Origin: Phoronis australis
Lineage: Eukaryota; Animalia; Phoronida
Reading direction: 5' to 3'
Assembly (NCBI GenBank): GCA_002633005.1
Contig: NMRA01000340.1
Coordinates: 124,001-188,000, forward strand
Length of the DNA stretch: 64,000 nucleotides
The first letter of the stretch is position 1, and each line of letters opens with the position of its first letter. The position numbers and the translations under genes are program-made. Below, in pieces: positions 60,450 to 64,000 of this stretch. The notes beneath the pieces are model-generated. The model was not told the origin of the DNA, did no database searches, and saw nothing but the letters and a program-made list of their open reading frames with translations.

Positions 60450-62650
60450 TGTGGAATTGTCATTTTGATATTTTCACCACACTTGCTAATGGCAAAAGTT
60501 TCAGAAATTTTAATTTTTTCTTTAACATTTGTTGAGCTATTCTTACTCACAACGTATCATAGCTTTTCGCTTTTAATGCTCTCACATTTTTTCTGGGTAA
60601 ATATTTTATTCCTTAAAAGAAAGGAAATAAAAGCAAATGCTAACTAATAATTATCAATAGTTTCAACAGCATTACAGGACAAAAAATTATCCTCTCACAA
60701 TCTTCATCTCTTTCAAGAGTTACTTTGAATATACTTTTCTGTGCCCATAATAATATTTAAGTTTTTACTTTGGAAAGTCTGAATTACAACGCATAAATCT
60801 TTTTAATTTCGTCTGAATAAATATCACTTAATCTGTTTTCTACATCAGGTTGTGAAACCGTTTTATATAAAAAGTAATTTTTAGTTGATTGTGTACTAAT
60901 CTGGCTCTACTGAAAGTCATCCATTGAATTTGTCTTAGAAGAGTTCATTCTATTAGGTAACGTAAGTGCCTTCATCAAGGCATAGTATTGTAATTCGATA
61001 ATTTGTATCTGTTTCATAACTTCCCAAGACAAAACTTGTTTTGAACATCTACTATATCTTTTACATTGACTATGCCAGCCTTGTAGAACCCACTGAAAAA
61101 CACGGATTTTCCATTGCTCAAAACATTTCTATTGTTCCATATTACCTGCCTAATAATATCAATTTCGCTTCATGCAAGACAACACTAACATTTTCCCATG
61201 CATTCAGCAAGTCAATTAAAGTGGGTGTTATCATCCAAAGGCAACAACATGGCCGAAAAATTTGGTTTAGAAAATAATGCACCCCGATACCTCTTAAAAA
61301 TGAAGTGTGGAAAGGCTTTCCAGTATTTGCTCTGTCCTACATAACACTGAACACATTTCACTAACAATGAGTTATAAGTATGTCTGGTACTTTTATTTCA
61401 AAAATAGAATCTAACATTTGATACTAGTAACAAATCATATGGATCTTGATTACGATCACCAAACAAAACCCCAACCCTAAGTTTACCCCTTGGTATAAAT
61501 CTCGCTCCCAACACGAATGATCTTTGTTAATTTTCCAAATGTACCAAAGGGAAAACCCTAGATTTAATGCTGCAAAATGCTTTTAAATAAAGATGGGTTA
61601 AAGTGCAGTGAGTTTGACGTCCGGATAATTTTGAGGGCTAAAATGCAGGATCAGCAGCAATTGTCCATTTTGCAAGTGTTAGTTCGAGGAATGTGTAGTT
61701 AGCAGATCCAAAGTGCCCTTCCTCATGGTTAACAAGCTAACTCTTTTGGCTGGATGCAGTTTAGAGTTGCTGGATGTCATTTGGAACAAAGACGATATTG
61801 TCAACAACTGTTATAGATGCCATCTTAACTATGGAACTATGAGTTAGGATTTTGATTGTTTGCTTCAGTTGCTAATCCACTTAATAGTCTATATCTTAGC
61901 AACAGTCTGGAGTTGGATAAAATTAGATGGACCTTTGTTGATTCAATGTTAATCAATAACAATATCATCGTCATCAATGATAAGAAAATAATTCGGAGGA
62001 GTCTCTGCATTTTGCGGATTTAAAACCGTATTACCATTTTGATCAATATTTCGGTTGGCAAGCAATCAGGTTTGTGGTTTCTAATGCCTGCAATCGCATC
62101 ATTGTTAGGTACCACTGTGACTGGGGGAAAGTGGCTCTTGGCTGCTATGGTGTCTTTAATTACTCACCATAAAATATTAACGGTCAAATGAGCATATGAG
62201 AATTTGAGCACAGTAATCCAGTTGTCAATATCTGTGTACTGTGTCCATTCTCATTTGTGATACTGAATTTGCGACAGTTGAATTCAAAGACTCTTTGTTC
62301 GATTTTGTTAGTTAAGTTGATAATACAGCTTCCTTATTCGTCCAAATAGTGTTCATAAAACTCACTACCAGAATATTCAAATTTTCATTTCTCAGCACTT
62401 GCGCTCTGCCATACACTGACTCCCAATTTCTAGGATCGAAACTAATACGTAAAAAACACCAGTGTCTTCCTCCCGTGTCTTGGTGCAAGACCATCTCATG
62501 AATTGTAGGTATGCAGCGCACCCACCCTTTGGGTACCATAGATAGCAAGTTCACATTATCTATGCCTTGAGTAAACTATCAAATTTCTTCAAGGAATCTT
62601 CATAAATTTGACACTTGAGTTTCTGTGAAGGAGACAACTTCATCTGTTAA
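60450..62650 (-). mobile_element. Highly decayed Tx1/L1-like ORF2 remnant
   Basis: IRQVIWNNRNVLSNGKSVFFSGFYKAGIVNVKDIVD (~61165-61045), WKAFPHFIFKRYRG, weak C..C..ET and EPLSP traces; boundaries approximate. Confidence 0.55.
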
Positions 62651-64000
62651 GTTTCAGTTAGATTTGGCAAATGTTATCCTGTGAAGCTGATAACGATGAT
62701 GAGTTTTGGGCCAATCCTACCACCGTTCTGTCTCCTAGTGGCGATTTTAGTTTTTTACATTTACCTCTGTATCTTTGGAGTTCATGGATTTCTAAAATTT
62801 GACAAATAGGTTTGCATTAAGGAGACGACTACGCCTTCCCAATTTCAGACGAGGTCGACGTACTCGGCTTCATCTAACGTCCATTTTTGGAAAACAACCC
62901 TAGAAACTCGTCATTTGTGGTGCAGTCTTGGGTGCATTTCAATGCTTCGTGTTGCTCTTGTTGTATTTTGCGTTTGCTATTTAGCATTGGCTTCCCTTTT
63001 GCTTGAACTTAATGAAGAATCGTCATGAAAGTCGCTTGAACTAACCTTAAGGAAGGTATGGTTGAAATTAATTTATGGATGAATCGAAAGTTGCTGCTAA
63101 ATTTGGCAATTAGTTTCCAGTGAAATTGAAGAGAGATCGCCTTCAGGACTTTACAGGCACCACCGGCATGGTGTTTTTTCGCTCACTTACCGGTATTCTA
63201 AGTGCCCCTGATTTAGTACAGCTGTCACTGATTGAATGCCATACCAACTCAGGTTTCCAGTTATTGATTTTGTCATTAGCTGAACTTCTCATTTGGTTTG
63301 GAGGGCCATCCAGGTCACCAGTAGTTCAGTCCTGCTTTCACTGAGAGTTCTGTTAAACGTACTAGCTTTCTGTGCACTTTAATTGCTCCTTCGTCAGTAG
63401 TCGTCCACGTGGTCAGAAGTGATGATGAAATGGACAATTTTTTGGGTACGGTTACTTATGGTAACGTGAATGTTGAAAAGCATTATTTTACAGTAATTCT
63501 TCACTTATTTAGCACACAAGTGAGATTAAGTTTTGTTTAATTTCCCAACGAAAATCAAGATTAAGGACATTTTAGCCTCTTGCAAGTATTGTGTGCAGTG
63601 TGTAGATGTCATAAACAACATTTGCCAAACTCATAAATTTTTCATTTTTCCTCCCAAAAATTAAACTCTTGATTTTTTTGGGAGGGAAAAGGAAAATTTT
63701 TTTAGTGTACTGACTATGTGGCATCCTGATGAAGCTGTTTACTGAAAATTTGCTAAAGTTCGCATTATTTGAAAAAAATAATAATCAGCCATTTAAAAAT
63801 GGAAAACGTCCATTTTATCAATTAATTTTGTGCGAAATAAGTTGAGAATTACTACATAGTTTGGTGCTTCTTATCATTTTGCGAAAAAATAAGAAATTGT
63901 ATCACTTGTCTGTCTTGTTTGTGAGATTTCAACACAGACATTTGATCACCCATTACAAGCCCCTGGTTATATCCTTGTACGTACTTTAACCCATTACTTT

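Overview
Eukaryotic (invertebrate animal, plausibly lophotrochozoan/mollusc-like) AT-rich genomic DNA with two large, convergently transcribed, intron-rich genes. (1) + strand 3484-31244: TDRD9/spindle-E piRNA-pathway DExH helicase. I could thread 31 GT-AG coding exons in continuous phase (~1483 aa: DEVH helicase, HA2, Tudor, C-terminal C2H2 finger). (2) - strand 56632-32207: a ZNF106 orthologue (two N-terminal C2H2 fingers, long low-complexity middle, WD40 repeats, two C-terminal fingers, ~2160 aa). Its 2.5-kb exon unexpectedly ends in a ~255-aa domain with the motif order of the Crypton-derived tyrosine-recombinase-like domain DUF3504, a candidate undescribed transposon domestication. Introns and flanks hold decayed LINEs (CR1/L2-like RT, Hero-like RLE, Tx1/L1-like), tRNA-derived SINE heads, piggyBac and Tc1-type MITEs, hAT-like MITEs with 6-bp TSDs, and a Helentron-type element whose tandem units each carry a CTCF-like motif. 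Many exon 3' ends and splice donors are tandemly 'echoed' into the following intron. Two single-N junctions (40571, 55424) flank duplications that look like haplotype or assembly overlaps. All homology calls are from recalled motifs, not database searches.
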